This document shows positions 1-10,231 of a stretch of DNA of 64,000 nt, piece by piece (positions within the stretch are counted from its first letter, which is position 1; each line of letters opens with the position of its first letter). Origin of the DNA: Oscillospiraceae bacterium (GTDB lineage: Bacteria > Bacillota > Clostridia > Oscillospirales > Ruminococcaceae); the NCBI GenBank assembly GCA_045536425.1, contig JAZSNN010000031.1:60203-124202 (forward strand), read 5' to 3'. The notes beneath the pieces are model-generated. The model searched no databases and was not told the DNA's origin. It worked only from the letters and a program-made list of their open reading frames with translations. Both the position numbers and the translations under genes were made by a program.

Positions 1-374
1 GTGAGTCCCATATTGCGTTTTTTGACGACCTTTATGTAGTCGTCTACAAATCCCAAAAATCCAAACGCCAATGCCATAAGCACCGTTATCGCAACACGCA
101 CAAGCATTTGGGTCTCGAGCTCGGGAAACTCCGGTGTGTAAAAAACACAGTAAAGCACAAATGCCACAACCACTGCTATTGCAGTGCCGATTATGAACAT
201 AAAACCGCCCATTGTGGGAGTCCCTTGTTTCGTTTTGTGCCATGTGGGGCCGTATTCCTCAATAATATTCTGTCCGTATTTTATCTTTCGAAGATACGGT
301 ATGAACCATTTACCTATTATGCCCGTTACTGCAAAAGCTATTACAGCGGCAATTATTACGGTGAGATTTGACAT
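1..374 (-). CDS. mraY: phospho-N-acetylmuramoyl-pentapeptide transferase MraY, N-terminal part only (gene runs off the window start)
   Basis: Reverse-complement translation from the ATG at 372-374 gives MSNLTVIIAAVIAFAVTGIIGKWFIPYLRKIKYGQNIIEEYGPTWHKTKQGTPTMGGFMF... This is typical MraY N-terminus (GPxxHxxKxGTPTMGG). It sits 2 nt downstream of the murF stop as expected in a dcw cluster. It is absent from the ORF track because there is no stop inside the window. Confidence 0.8.
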   Translation of the reverse strand, partial: MSNLTVIIAAVIAFAVTGIIGKWFIPYLRKIKYGQNIIEEYGPTWHKTKQGTPTMGGFMFIIGTAIAVVVAFVLYCVFYTPEFPELETQMLVRVAITVLMALAFGFLGFVDDYIKVVKKRNMGL

Positions 375-376
375 CT

Positions 377-1729
377 TTATTTCCCCTTGCTGTATTTTTC
401 TATCAGTTCCTCAAACTTCATTCCGCGACTTGCCTTAAACCACAGAACGTCGCCTTGTTTTGTCGTTTCTATGAGGTATTTTGCAAGTTCTTCGCGGTCT
501 TCAAACCAAGTAGCCTTTCCGCCCGACAAAGAACATCCTCTTTCATATTCTTTCGCTTCGTCACCGAGGCAAACAAGCTCGTCGATATTAAGCTCTGCAC
601 AGAGCTTTCCTGCGTCAAAATGTCCTTGTTTACTAACCGAGCCGAGCTCGAGCATATCGCCGAGAACGGCTATTTTCCTGCCGTCTGTTGTCATCGACGC
701 GAGAGCCTTTAATGCGGCTGTTACAGAGTCGGGGCTCGCATTATAGCAGTCTTCAACAACGGTGGTATCCCCCACCCTTGTAATCCTCTGTCGCATACCG
801 CTGGGAGTATAGTTTTTGAGTCCTCTGACTATCTCCTCATCGGTCATATCAAAGTGCTTTGCTATCGCGTATGCCGCGAGGGCATTATATACATTGTGAA
901 TGCCGATGCAGGGGATTGTCGCCCTGACACCGTTTATCAAAAAGCTTGTATTTTCACCGTCAGATTCGATATCGGTTGCCATAATGTCGGCTTTTTTCTC
1001 GATGCCGTAGGTTATTATCGGGCGGTCGAGCTCCACGGTAGAAAGCATATCGTTATCAGTGTTTATAACAAGCGGTGACGATGCGTTCATTCCGTCGGTT
1101 ATCTCGAGTTTTGCTTTCAAGATATTCTCTCGTGTACCGAGATTTTCGAGGTGCGACACACCGATGGTGGTAATTACCGAAATATCGGGAACGGCACACA
1201 TCGAAAGCTCGTGAATTTCTCCCAAGTCGCTCATTCCCATCTCGATAACAGCGGCTTCAAAGCTTTTATCAAGCTGCAAAAGCGTTTTGGGAAGACCAAT
1301 CTGATTATTGAGATTTCCTTGTGTTTTATGGGTATTAAAGCGTTCGGAAAGCACCGCGTAGATCATCTCTTTTGTGGTGGTTTTTCCAACGCTTCCCGTG
1401 ACTCCAACCAGCTTTAGAGAGAGTTTGCTACGATAGAGGTGCGCTATATCAAGAAGTGCTTTTTCGGTGTTCTCAACAAGTATGAGGTTTTTTGCGGTTT
1501 TATCAACAAACGGGCTGTTTCTCTCCGCAACACAAGCCGAGGCACCTTTAGCAAAAGCATCATTGACAAACTTGTTTCCGTCGAACTTTTCTCCTCTAAG
1601 CGCCACAAACAGTGAGGCCTCGGGTGTACTGCGTGAATCGGTGGATATTTCGTTTATTTCTATATCACACATATTTTGGCAGGTTCCGTTTACTGCCACG
1701 GCTATCTCGGAAAGCTTTAGCGGTTCCAT
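377..1729 (-). CDS. murF: UDP-N-acetylmuramoyl-tripeptide--D-alanyl-D-alanine ligase
   Basis: 450-aa ORF with Mur-ligase motifs (GVTGSVGKTTTKEM) in dcw-cluster position, start overlapping the murE stop. Confidence 0.9.
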   Translation of the reverse strand: MEPLKLSEIAVAVNGTCQNMCDIEINEISTDSRSTPEASLFVALRGEKFDGNKFVNDAFAKGASACVAERNSPFVDKTAKNLILVENTEKALLDIAHLYRSKLSLKLVGVTGSVGKTTTKEMIYAVLSERFNTHKTQGNLNNQIGLPKTLLQLDKSFEAAVIEMGMSDLGEIHELSMCAVPDISVITTIGVSHLENLGTRENILKAKLEITDGMNASSPLVINTDNDMLSTVELDRPIITYGIEKKADIMATDIESDGENTSFLINGVRATIPCIGIHNVYNALAAYAIAKHFDMTDEEIVRGLKNYTPSGMRQRITRVGDTTVVEDCYNASPDSVTAALKALASMTTDGRKIAVLGDMLELGSVSKQGHFDAGKLCAELNIDELVCLGDEAKEYERGCSLSGGKATWFEDREELAKYLIETTKQGDVLWFKASRGMKFEELIEKYSKGK

Positions 1730-3198
1730 TATTTCACAGCACTCCCTATGCCTTTTTCTTCTATTATTTTGCTTACTATCTCGCGCTCGTCAAAGCAAAC
1801 CGTGCCAAAATCGAGCACCTGATAGTCCTCGTGTCCTTTTCCTGCAAGAAGGAGAATGTCGCCCTTTTTCATATTGGTGACCGCCCATTCTATTGCAGTA
1901 AATCTATCGGCAATAGTAATATACGGGGTTTTATATTGTTCAAAGCCTTTTCCGGCTTCTTTGATTATTTTGTCAACAGGCTCTCTGCGCGGGTTATCCG
2001 ACGTTAGTATCATAAAATCGGAATTTTCTGCCGCTGCAGCCGCCATCACAGGTCTTTTTTTGGAGTCGCGGTTTCCGGCACAACCAAATAGTATCGAAAG
2101 GCGTCGGTCACCCGAAAAACTGCGTATCGCCTGAAGTATCTTTTTTATTCCGTCGGGGGTGTGTGCATAGTCACAGATTATAGTATAGTTGTCATCGCTA
2201 TATATGACCTCTGCCCTGCCCTTTACACCTTTGCATTTTGCTATACCCTCGGTGCAATCCGAAAGCTTTTCTCCTGCCGCTATACACGCGGAAACTGCTG
2301 CCATCGCGTTGGAAACCGAAAACTCGCCCGGCATCGCAAAGCTTACTCTGCCGATAAGGTCCATTCCGACAAACGCAAATCTAACGCCGTCTGCTTTGAA
2401 CCTTATATCCTTTGCAGTGAAGTCTGCGCTATCACGACTTGTGGAGAAGGTTTTTACCGCTCTATTGTCATAGGTCAGTTTTTCGTAAAGGACTTCGCCA
2501 TATTTATCGTCTAGGTTTATAACCGCCGTTTTCGACATATCAAAGAGCTTTGTTTTGGCATCAAAGTAGTTTTCCATACTCTTGTGATAATCGAGGTGGT
2601 CTTGTGTGAGATTTGTAAACACGCCAACGTCAAACTCACAGCCATCGAGTCTATGCTGGTCAAGCGCGTGGGAGGAAACCTCCATAACCGCATATTCACA
2701 GCCCGCCTGCACCATTCTGTCGAGCAGAGCGTGAAGTTCCATCGGGTCGGGTGTAGTGTGCTTTGCGGGTATTTCGAGGTCATCTATCTTGTTGGAGATA
2801 GTGCCGAGAAGTCCCACCTTATAGCCGTTGTGTTCGAGTATACTGCGGATAACGGTGGTTACGGTGGTTTTTCCGTTAGTGCCCGTAACTCCTATCAGCT
2901 TTATCTTCTTTGAAGGATATCCAAAGTAGGCACTGCACATCTTCGCGTATGCTTCGCGGCTGTTTTTGACGAGTATCTGGTTCTCAAGTCCGAGGTCTTT
3001 TTCAACGACCACAGCCCTTGCGCCTTTTTTCATCACATCGGATGCAAAGTCGTGTCCATCGATGTTAAAGCCCTTTATGCAAACAAACACGCTGTCCTTT
3101 TCCATAGCATCTCTCGAGTCGCAGGTAAGGACCGATATTTCAAAATCCTCGAAGCTTCCGCTATATTTAACATTCTCGAGCAGTTGTGATAAAAGCAT
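1729..3198 (-). CDS. murE: UDP-N-acetylmuramoyl-L-alanyl-D-glutamate--2,6-diaminopimelate ligase
   Basis: 489-aa ORF with GVTGTNGKTT P-loop and Mur ligase middle and C-terminal domains; lies between the PBP gene and murF. Confidence 0.9.
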   Translation of the reverse strand: MLLSQLLENVKYSGSFEDFEISVLTCDSRDAMEKDSVFVCIKGFNIDGHDFASDVMKKGARAVVVEKDLGLENQILVKNSREAYAKMCSAYFGYPSKKIKLIGVTGTNGKTTVTTVIRSILEHNGYKVGLLGTISNKIDDLEIPAKHTTPDPMELHALLDRMVQAGCEYAVMEVSSHALDQHRLDGCEFDVGVFTNLTQDHLDYHKSMENYFDAKTKLFDMSKTAVINLDDKYGEVLYEKLTYDNRAVKTFSTSRDSADFTAKDIRFKADGVRFAFVGMDLIGRVSFAMPGEFSVSNAMAAVSACIAAGEKLSDCTEGIAKCKGVKGRAEVIYSDDNYTIICDYAHTPDGIKKILQAIRSFSGDRRLSILFGCAGNRDSKKRPVMAAAAAENSDFMILTSDNPRREPVDKIIKEAGKGFEQYKTPYITIADRFTAIEWAVTNMKKGDILLLAGKGHEDYQVLDFGTVCFDEREIVSKIIEEKGIGSAVK

Positions 3199-3220
3199 CT
3201 GTTCTCACCTTTCCAGAGAA

Positions 3221-5467
3221 TTACGCCATTTCTTCCGTACTGACAAATTCTACTGTTACTACCGTTCCCGGAGCAACCCTTTCTCCCGCTGCGGGAGATT
3301 GTGAAATGGCTTTTGTATTTCCGTCTGAGATATCTATTCCCGATATCTTTATGTTTAGATTTTTGTTGGTAAGTGCCTTGCTCGCCTGCTGACCCGAAAG
3401 CCCGATTACATCAGGCACCGCAACGGTTTTTTCTGTTGATTCCTGATCGGTATAAAGCACCACCGTTCCGCCCTTCGCAAGAGGCTCTCCTGCGCCCGGA
3501 ATCTGCTTTACAACCTTATTTCCATCGCCTACGGTATAGACGTCGAAGCCACTGCTTTTGAGGGTGTTTTGCGCCTCATAGGGCTGTTCGCCTATAAGGT
3601 ACGGAACGCTGATTTCAATAGACTCTAGGTCTTCTGCAGAATATTCGGGCTCTATACCGATGTATGGCAGGATATCAGCAAGGATATTTCCTACTACAGG
3701 AGCCGCGATAACGCTTCCGTATACGCTGTCATTGTGCGGCTCGTCGAGTGCGAGAAGTACTGCTATCTGCGGGTCATCGACGGGTGCAAATCCAAAGAAG
3801 GATGAAATTCTGAGTGAATTATCACCGCTGTCAAGTTTCTCAGAGGTACCTGTCTTTCCGCCAATGCGATAACCTTTTACCTTCGCATATCGTCCGCTTC
3901 CTGTTTCTACGACCTGCTCCAGCATAAGTGCAAGTTCTTTTGAGGTTTCTTCGGAAATTACCTGTCTGACAACAGTGGGAGTTGTTACCTCTACGATATT
4001 TCCGTCGGAATCGAGCTGTTGTTCAACAATATAGGGCTGCATCAGCTTTCCACCGTTGAGAACGCCGGAAATTGCCGTTATCAGCTGTATAGGTGTTACC
4101 TTGAACGTTTGACCGAAAGCCGAAGAAGACAGATAGCTCAAGCTCTCGCTTCCGAGCTCGGTGAGATTGTAAAGGCTGTGAACGAGTCCCGCGTTGTCAG
4201 CTTCACCGGGAATATCAATTCCGGTTTTTGCGTTTAGGCCGTAGTTTGTAAAGTACTTATAGAAAAGTGCTCCACCAAGTCTTTGGCCCATCGTGATAAA
4301 CGCAGGGTTGCAGGAGTTTTTCAAGGTTTCAACAAAGGTTTGTGTTCCGTGGTTTCTGGGGTATCTCCAACATTTTATGGTGTTTCCCGAAACGTTTATG
4401 GCACCGTTGCAAACGAAGGTCGACGAGGAATCGTAGAGGTTTTCCTCTAAAACTGCAGCAGCGGTGAGAATCTTGAATACCGAGCCGGGCTCATATGGCT
4501 CGGAAACTGCTTTGTTTCGCCACTGAAGTTCTTGCTCTATTTTCAGTTGAGCGTAGTACTCGTCGCTTCCCTCTTCGTGCTGTTCAAGGCGCTCTATGGC
4601 ATAATCGTCATACAGCACGAACGGAGAGTTGGGGTCAAAGTCCCCTTTAGTCGTCATTGCGAGTATTCTGCCCGTTTTTATTTCCATTACTATACAAAAC
4701 GCTCTGCCGCGAACGTCGTGTTCTTTCACCGCATTGTCGAGGTGTTTTTCAACAAACATCTGTATTACGGAATTCATTGTGAGCACGAGGCTATTTCCGT
4801 CTGATGCCTCGAACATCTGCTCATATTTATAGGGCATATCGCTTCCCCAAGCGTTTTTGGCAGAAACAATTCTTCCGGGAGTTCCGCTGAGAATTTTGTT
4901 ATAGTATGCCTCGATTCCGTAGAGACCCGAGTTTTCGTCGCCTACAAATCCGAGAACGGTGGATGCGAGCGACCCGTAGGGGTAGTATCTCTTGGTGTCC
5001 TCTTCCATACTTATCGAGCCATTAAGGTCGTTATCGAGGATAAACTGTCTTACTGCGTCAGCTTCTTGGTCTTCGATGCGTTTTTTAACTATCTGATAGT
5101 AGGAGTTTGATTTCTTTGCTCTTTGGTAGATGGTGTCATAGTCGGTACCGAGAATTTCGGACATTCCTCTTGCGATGAGCTGTGCTTCCTCATCACTGTC
5201 TATATTGACGGGGACGAGGTAGACCGTCCACACGGTAGCGCTCTTTGCAAGCTCGTTTCCGAGAGAGTCGTATATTGTGCCGCGGTTGGGGGTTATTGAA
5301 GTGACCTTGAACTGTTGCTGTGACGCTTTTTGTTTATACTCCTCATAGTTCACAAGGTGCAGATACGCGAGTCTTGCAACAAGTATCGCAACCATCACAA
5401 ACGCCATAAAAAAGCTTATGAACTGTATTCTTCTTCTCATCGAAAGATTGGGAGCTTTTACAGCCAA
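3221..5467 (-). CDS. class B penicillin-binding protein (FtsI/SpoVD family) with two C-terminal PASTA domains
   Basis: 748 aa with an N-terminal TM anchor, dimerisation domain and transpeptidase motifs (SVFK, SGN, KTGT), followed by two tandem PASTA repeats; dcw position after ftsL. Confidence 0.9.
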   Translation of the reverse strand: MAVKAPNLSMRRRIQFISFFMAFVMVAILVARLAYLHLVNYEEYKQKASQQQFKVTSITPNRGTIYDSLGNELAKSATVWTVYLVPVNIDSDEEAQLIARGMSEILGTDYDTIYQRAKKSNSYYQIVKKRIEDQEADAVRQFILDNDLNGSISMEEDTKRYYPYGSLASTVLGFVGDENSGLYGIEAYYNKILSGTPGRIVSAKNAWGSDMPYKYEQMFEASDGNSLVLTMNSVIQMFVEKHLDNAVKEHDVRGRAFCIVMEIKTGRILAMTTKGDFDPNSPFVLYDDYAIERLEQHEEGSDEYYAQLKIEQELQWRNKAVSEPYEPGSVFKILTAAAVLEENLYDSSSTFVCNGAINVSGNTIKCWRYPRNHGTQTFVETLKNSCNPAFITMGQRLGGALFYKYFTNYGLNAKTGIDIPGEADNAGLVHSLYNLTELGSESLSYLSSSAFGQTFKVTPIQLITAISGVLNGGKLMQPYIVEQQLDSDGNIVEVTTPTVVRQVISEETSKELALMLEQVVETGSGRYAKVKGYRIGGKTGTSEKLDSGDNSLRISSFFGFAPVDDPQIAVLLALDEPHNDSVYGSVIAAPVVGNILADILPYIGIEPEYSAEDLESIEISVPYLIGEQPYEAQNTLKSSGFDVYTVGDGNKVVKQIPGAGEPLAKGGTVVLYTDQESTEKTVAVPDVIGLSGQQASKALTNKNLNIKISGIDISDGNTKAISQSPAAGERVAPGTVVTVEFVSTEEMA

Positions 5468-5587
5468 CGGTACCTCTCCTCTCGAAAAATCTTATCTATA
5501 TTACGGCTTAACGGCGAGGCAGACAGCCTCGCCGTATTCTTTGATTTTCTGTCCTCTGTTATTTGTATGCCGTCATTTCAGCCTTTA

Positions 5588-6043
5588 TCACTGAAAGATT
5601 CTGCTGAACAGAGTTACTGCACCTTCGTCTTCTACGGCGGCGGTGACTATGACCTCGTCATTATTGTTGATGGATATCATCTCCACCTGATACTGTTCTA
5701 TCTTGCTCATATTGAGAGTTTCGGTAGCGTATTCTTCGATCGCGCTGATAGACATCTTTCTATTGAGATCCATCTCAAGACGGGTGTATTCGTTATTAAG
5801 ATCCTCGAGTGTGTTTGTTGCAGCGTTCACCTCTGCGGTTACCTCTGCGAGCATAACGTTTGAGTACAAAAGTGCAGCAACCATAGCCACTACAACTGCA
5901 CCGATGCTGAGCATCTTGAGAGGTGACATATTGAGGACTTTCTGCTTTTTGGGGAGCTTTACTTCTTCAATTTTAGGCTGTCTTTGTACCTCTTCAAACA
6001 ACGAGAGGTCATATGCTACATTTGTTGCACCCATCGGACTCAT
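5588..6043 (-). CDS. ftsL: cell division protein FtsL-like (septum formation initiator)
   Basis: 151 aa with a single TM helix plus coiled coil, in the canonical position between rsmH and the PBP gene. Confidence 0.6.
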   Translation of the reverse strand: MSPMGATNVAYDLSLFEEVQRQPKIEEVKLPKKQKVLNMSPLKMLSIGAVVVAMVAALLYSNVMLAEVTAEVNAATNTLEDLNNEYTRLEMDLNRKMSISAIEEYATETLNMSKIEQYQVEMISINNNDEVIVTAAVEDEGAVTLFSRIFQ

Positions 6044-6055
6044 TTGCCTTCTCCT

Positions 6056-6982
6056 TTAAATCTTTTCTATTACTCTGAGCTTTGCACTTCTGCTTCGCTG
6101 ATTTATCTCCAGCTCCTCTCGCGAGGGCTCTATTGCTTTTCTAGAAACAAGCTTTCCCTGCGGCTTGCATCCGCACACGCACACCGGAAAATCGGGCGGG
6201 CAGATACAGCCTTTGGAGAGTGATGCGAATTTTTGTTTTACCATTCTGTCCTCGAGCGAATGGAAGGTTATTATTGCAAATCTGCCTCCCTCGTTTAGCC
6301 TATCAAAAGCGGTATCCAAAACTCTTGACAGACTGTCAAGCTCGGAGTTTACGGCAATTCGTATTGCCTGAAAGCTTCGCTTTGAAGGGTTTTTTCCTTC
6401 CCAACGCATCTTGGGAGGGAAAGAGGAATTTATTATCTGAGAAAGCTCAGACGTTGTTTCTATCGGTTTTATCTTTCTATTGCGTTCTATATTCAGCGCT
6501 ATCTTGTAGGCAAGCTTTTCTTCGCCATATTCTCTGAGTATCCTCGCAAGTTCCTCAACGGGATATTCATTTACGATATCATAGGCACTGATGCCTTCCA
6601 TACTCATTCGCATATCAAGCTTTGCATCGGAATGATAGGAAAAACCGCGTTCTGCGTTGTCAAGCTGATATGACGAAACCCCAAGGTCTAAAAGTATTCC
6701 GTCAACCTTTTCAATCGAAAGAGAGTCAAGCACGCTGCACATCTCGGAAAAATCACTGTGTACAACCTGTGCATTGGGAAATTCTTTCAGTCTTTCGGTG
6801 GCTACTGCGACAGCCTGCGGGTCTTTATCAAAGGCTATCAATCTGCCGGTTGTGAGTCTTTTTGCTATCTCACGGCTGTGTCCTGCGCCACCTGCGGTGC
6901 CGTCGACATAAATCCCGTCGGGTTTTATATCAAGAGCGTTTATACTTTCATTCAGGAGTACCGATATGTGTTTAAATTCCAT
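6056..6982 (-). CDS. rsmH: 16S rRNA (cytosine1402-N4)-methyltransferase RsmH/MraW
   Basis: 308 aa with SAM-binding motifs (DGTAGGAGHS, LLDLGVSS); follows mraZ. Confidence 0.9.
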   Translation of the reverse strand: MEFKHISVLLNESINALDIKPDGIYVDGTAGGAGHSREIAKRLTTGRLIAFDKDPQAVAVATERLKEFPNAQVVHSDFSEMCSVLDSLSIEKVDGILLDLGVSSYQLDNAERGFSYHSDAKLDMRMSMEGISAYDIVNEYPVEELARILREYGEEKLAYKIALNIERNRKIKPIETTSELSQIINSSFPPKMRWEGKNPSKRSFQAIRIAVNSELDSLSRVLDTAFDRLNEGGRFAIITFHSLEDRMVKQKFASLSKGCICPPDFPVCVCGCKPQGKLVSRKAIEPSREELEINQRSRSAKLRVIEKI

Positions 6983-6990
6983 ACCGCCAC

Positions 6991-7434
6991 CTAGAATCCA
7001 AGTTCGTCCATAATTTCGGAAAGAGAATCAGAAGTGAGCTCATCGCAGCTAGCTTCCCATCTTTCCTTGTTCCATATCTCCGCTCTATAAGAAGCACCGA
7101 TAACGGTTATATCCTTGTCAATGTGGGCATATTCACGAAGTCTTTGTGTGAGAAGTATTCTTCCCTGCTTGTCCGCCTGTACCTCAACAGCTGCCGCAAA
7201 CAAAAATCTCTGCATTGCTCTAGCCTTGGACATCGGGAGGTCTTTAATCTTTTCTTCGAGGCGTTTCCATTCCTCTATTGAATAGACAAAAAGGCACTCG
7301 TCAAGGCCTTTTGTAACTATAAAGCTCTCGCCGAGGTCTTCGCGAAGTTTGGAGGGAAAACTAAATCTGCCCTTTACATCAAGAGTCGATGAATACTCGC
7401 CTATAAGCATTGCCTTGACACCACCTTTCACCAC
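6991..7434 (-). CDS. mraZ: transcriptional regulator MraZ
   Basis: 147 aa, MLIGEYSSTLDVKGRFSFPSKLRE, duplicated MraZ fold; first gene of the dcw cluster. Confidence 0.9.
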   Translation of the reverse strand: MVKGGVKAMLIGEYSSTLDVKGRFSFPSKLREDLGESFIVTKGLDECLFVYSIEEWKRLEEKIKDLPMSKARAMQRFLFAAAVEVQADKQGRILLTQRLREYAHIDKDITVIGASYRAEIWNKERWEASCDELTSDSLSEIMDELGF

Positions 7435-7606
7435 TTTTTCCCACTTTTACTATAATTATACCTCATTTTAGGGAAAATGCAATACCTTTTGGGCAAAAAA
7501 GTAAAAAATTTTTTATCTTTTTTCAGATAGTTGTACAAAGTGGCAAAAATATAGCGGGAAGCCGTGACTTCCCGCTATACAAGAGCTATCTAGAGTGTTT
7601 TCTGTT

Positions 7607-8947
7607 TTAGGAAACCGATTCGTATTCGCGGATTATTCTGTTCCACGTTTGTCTGCCTACTATTCCGTCAACAGAAAGTCCAAACAACCGTTGAAATTCG
7701 CGCACCGCCCTCGAGGTCGTATTTCCAAACACTCCCACCGTATTCATACGCGGTATTGACGGGTAGAAGTTCGAGAGGTATGCGAGGTATTGTTGCAGTC
7801 TGCGGACATCCTCACCCGTGCTTCCTTCTCTCAGTACCCGTCCAGGATACTGAATTATCGGAACATCTGAGAAAGTAGGCGGAACAGATGCGCGAGCAGA
7901 GTTAAAGGCGTTGTAGAGGGTGTTCCAGGTTTGTCTTCCCACTACCCCATCGGCTGTGAGTCCAAACTGTCTTTGTGCCGCTCTCACCGCATTTTCTGTT
8001 CCTGCTCCGAAGTTACCGTCTATTGTAACGTATGGAATTGACGGATAGAAGTCGGACAGATAAGCAAGAAAGTATTGCAGTACTCTTACGGTATCTCCCG
8101 AGTCGCCACGGCGCAAAACACGGACATATCCCTGCGGGAACCCGAGTATTCTTTCCCCTTCCGACTCTAACTCGGCAAGATTTTTTACCGAAGTGTAGAT
8201 ATACGCGATTTTATACCACGTCTGTCTTCCTACTATGCCGTCGGGCGTGAGGTTGAATATCCTCTGAAACTGTCTGACCGCATCCTGAGTATAATCTCCA
8301 AATATTCCGTCTACGGTGAATATTCTCGGTATACTCGGATAGTTTTTGCCGATACGATTTAGCTTTACTTGAAGCGCTCTTACGTCATCTCCGCGAGAGC
8401 CTTTTCTGAGAGGTGTTCCCGGATAGGATTCGCCTATCGCCTGTACCGGCGCGTTTTTAACTATTTCCAGATTGTTTCCGTAGTAGTAGGTCAAAATCTG
8501 ATAGGGTGTCATTCCTTGTCTTGCAAGGTCAGCCGTTCCCCATTGTGACAGTCCACGGCAGGTTACGGTGCTTCCGTTGCAGTACTGTGCAAAAAGCGGC
8601 TCCAAAACACCGTTTCGGCGCAGGTAATCGTTGAAGAGCTCATCGACAAGACGGTCGATGTTTTGGAATATTCCTCGTCCGTATTTAAAAGACTGGTCGT
8701 ATGACGTACTGCTTGTTATATCAAAGTCATAGCCACGGCTTCTATACCATTCGGTATAAACTCTATTGAGGGCAAACGATATCTGTGCATATATATTAGC
8801 TCTGAGCGCATTTTCGGGCCAGGTCGGGTAGATTTCACTACTTGCGACGTTCTTTATATAGTCAGGGAAAGTGACTGTCACATTCGCTGCACTTGCTGAC
8901 GGCGCACCAAGATGAACGGTTATAAATTCAGGTATTACAACAGGCAT
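7607..8947 (-). CDS. peptidoglycan-binding-domain protein (three PG_binding_1 repeats; SleC-like putative spore cortex-lytic enzyme)
   Basis: 446 aa. The C-terminal half holds three repeats of the DxVRxLQxxLxxxxxxYPSIPxxxxDGxFGxxTxxAVRxFQRxFxL motif. The N-terminal ~170 aa is a separate domain of unknown family. Confidence 0.55.
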   Translation of the reverse strand: MPVVIPEFITVHLGAPSASAANVTVTFPDYIKNVASSEIYPTWPENALRANIYAQISFALNRVYTEWYRSRGYDFDITSSTSYDQSFKYGRGIFQNIDRLVDELFNDYLRRNGVLEPLFAQYCNGSTVTCRGLSQWGTADLARQGMTPYQILTYYYGNNLEIVKNAPVQAIGESYPGTPLRKGSRGDDVRALQVKLNRIGKNYPSIPRIFTVDGIFGDYTQDAVRQFQRIFNLTPDGIVGRQTWYKIAYIYTSVKNLAELESEGERILGFPQGYVRVLRRGDSGDTVRVLQYFLAYLSDFYPSIPYVTIDGNFGAGTENAVRAAQRQFGLTADGVVGRQTWNTLYNAFNSARASVPPTFSDVPIIQYPGRVLREGSTGEDVRRLQQYLAYLSNFYPSIPRMNTVGVFGNTTSRAVREFQRLFGLSVDGIVGRQTWNRIIREYESVS

Positions 8948-8958
8948 ATCGGTCTCCT

Positions 8959-10104
8959 TTACAACTCGTAGTCACTGATATCAAACTGTTCTCTTCCGTC
9001 ATTTTGTCCCGAGGGAAGCGGAATTAGGTTGACAGGTTCCACAGTGGTTATAGAGTCAAACATCTGTATGCCGCGAACGGTGTTATCATAGTACCCGCTC
9101 TTCTTCACGTCAACGGTATACTCGGAATACGGATGGCTGTTTCCGGGGGTCTCTGACAGATACTGCGGGGGTGTCGGAAGCGGTATTGCGGGGGTTTTTC
9201 CGTTTTCATCGGTGATATGCACAGCCATAACCTCTCGTCTTCCCTGTACATCCGTAATTCTGGAAACCGTAACCGACGCTTCGCTTATCGGCAGAGCCTG
9301 ACGGGCAGTGAAAACCTGCACAATAAGGTCTGCCGTCCCCGTGAGAAGCGAAGTGTCAAATCTATCGCGAGGGGTGTTTTGCATTTCGGTAGGTATCTTT
9401 TCGAGTTGTTCTACAGGTTCATCTACCCGCGCCATTCGATAGTCGGGACGCAGTATTCTATCACCGTTTGGGGTTGTTGAAGAAAAATTGTTTTCGGTTA
9501 TATCAATCTGCATATTCTCCTCGGTAGTCTGTGCAAAAACCGCAGGCTCATCAAATTCGTCCTGTTCGACAATACTTTCGGTTTCCCACTCGCCAGGCTC
9601 ACGGTCGAAGTCGATTATCTCGTTGTCATTCGCCCCGGGACCTTCGTTTGGCGGCGGCATTACAACCGAGCTATTATTAAAGGGAAGTTCCCTTTCGGGC
9701 ACGGGGATAGAGTTTGGCAACCGACGCATATTTTCAACTGACCAATAATCAGTATCATCGTTTTCATTAGAGCGAGGCTGCGGTCTTGGTCTTATCTGTT
9801 CGCGTTGTTGTTCAACAAGTCTTTCGAGCTCTCTTTTTTCTGCTTCAAGTCTTTCAAGCTCCTCACGTGCATCCTTTATCCTGTCAAAAAGGCGTCGGAG
9901 CTCCTGTTCCTCACGAAGTCTGTCCTCGTTTGTATCGGGATTTACGGGCGGTTCGGAAAGGGGCACAGGTTTGGCTTGGGGAGGTTTGGGGCGAGAAAAA
10001 ATCTCGTTTTGCTTTGCAAGATTGAGCATATCCTGTCTATATCTTTCTACCGTCTTTTTCCAGTTTTCCGATTTCATCTTCGTATAGTCTTTGGGGTTGT
10101 TCAT
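8959..10104 (-). CDS. hypothetical Pro/Glu-rich coiled-coil protein
   Basis: 381-aa ORF with a charged coiled-coil segment (EELERLEAEKRELERLVEQQREQ), a proline-rich low-complexity region and a C-terminal globular part; no recognisable catalytic motif. Confidence 0.45.
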   Translation of the reverse strand: MNNPKDYTKMKSENWKKTVERYRQDMLNLAKQNEIFSRPKPPQAKPVPLSEPPVNPDTNEDRLREEQELRRLFDRIKDAREELERLEAEKRELERLVEQQREQIRPRPQPRSNENDDTDYWSVENMRRLPNSIPVPERELPFNNSSVVMPPPNEGPGANDNEIIDFDREPGEWETESIVEQDEFDEPAVFAQTTEENMQIDITENNFSSTTPNGDRILRPDYRMARVDEPVEQLEKIPTEMQNTPRDRFDTSLLTGTADLIVQVFTARQALPISEASVTVSRITDVQGRREVMAVHITDENGKTPAIPLPTPPQYLSETPGNSHPYSEYTVDVKKSGYYDNTVRGIQMFDSITTVEPVNLIPLPSGQNDGREQFDISDYEL

Positions 10105-10231
10105 AGCGTTATAAATCCCTCCTGAAAATACTTTTTGTCATCAATTGATATGCATTCTCCACGTGTTTTATGTTACAAGGGCGCAAAAAAGCGGATGCCG
10201 AAATTTTGGCATCCGCTTTATAGGTTTTTAA

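Noticed and set aside
368-746. Plus-strand ORFs 368..712 and 387..746 and many other 60-140-aa ORFs inside large genes (e.g. 854..1078, 4532..4804, 16628..17281, 32055..32534, 59104..59856)
   Set aside because: They lie antisense or out of frame within long, motif-supported genes and have no RBS.
5480-5560. Hairpin CGGCGAGGC-agaca-GCCTCGCCG between ftsL and the PBP gene as a terminator
   Set aside because: There is no convincing T-run on the minus (coding) strand. It is more likely an intra-operon RNA structure or coincidence, and dcw genes are usually co-transcribed.
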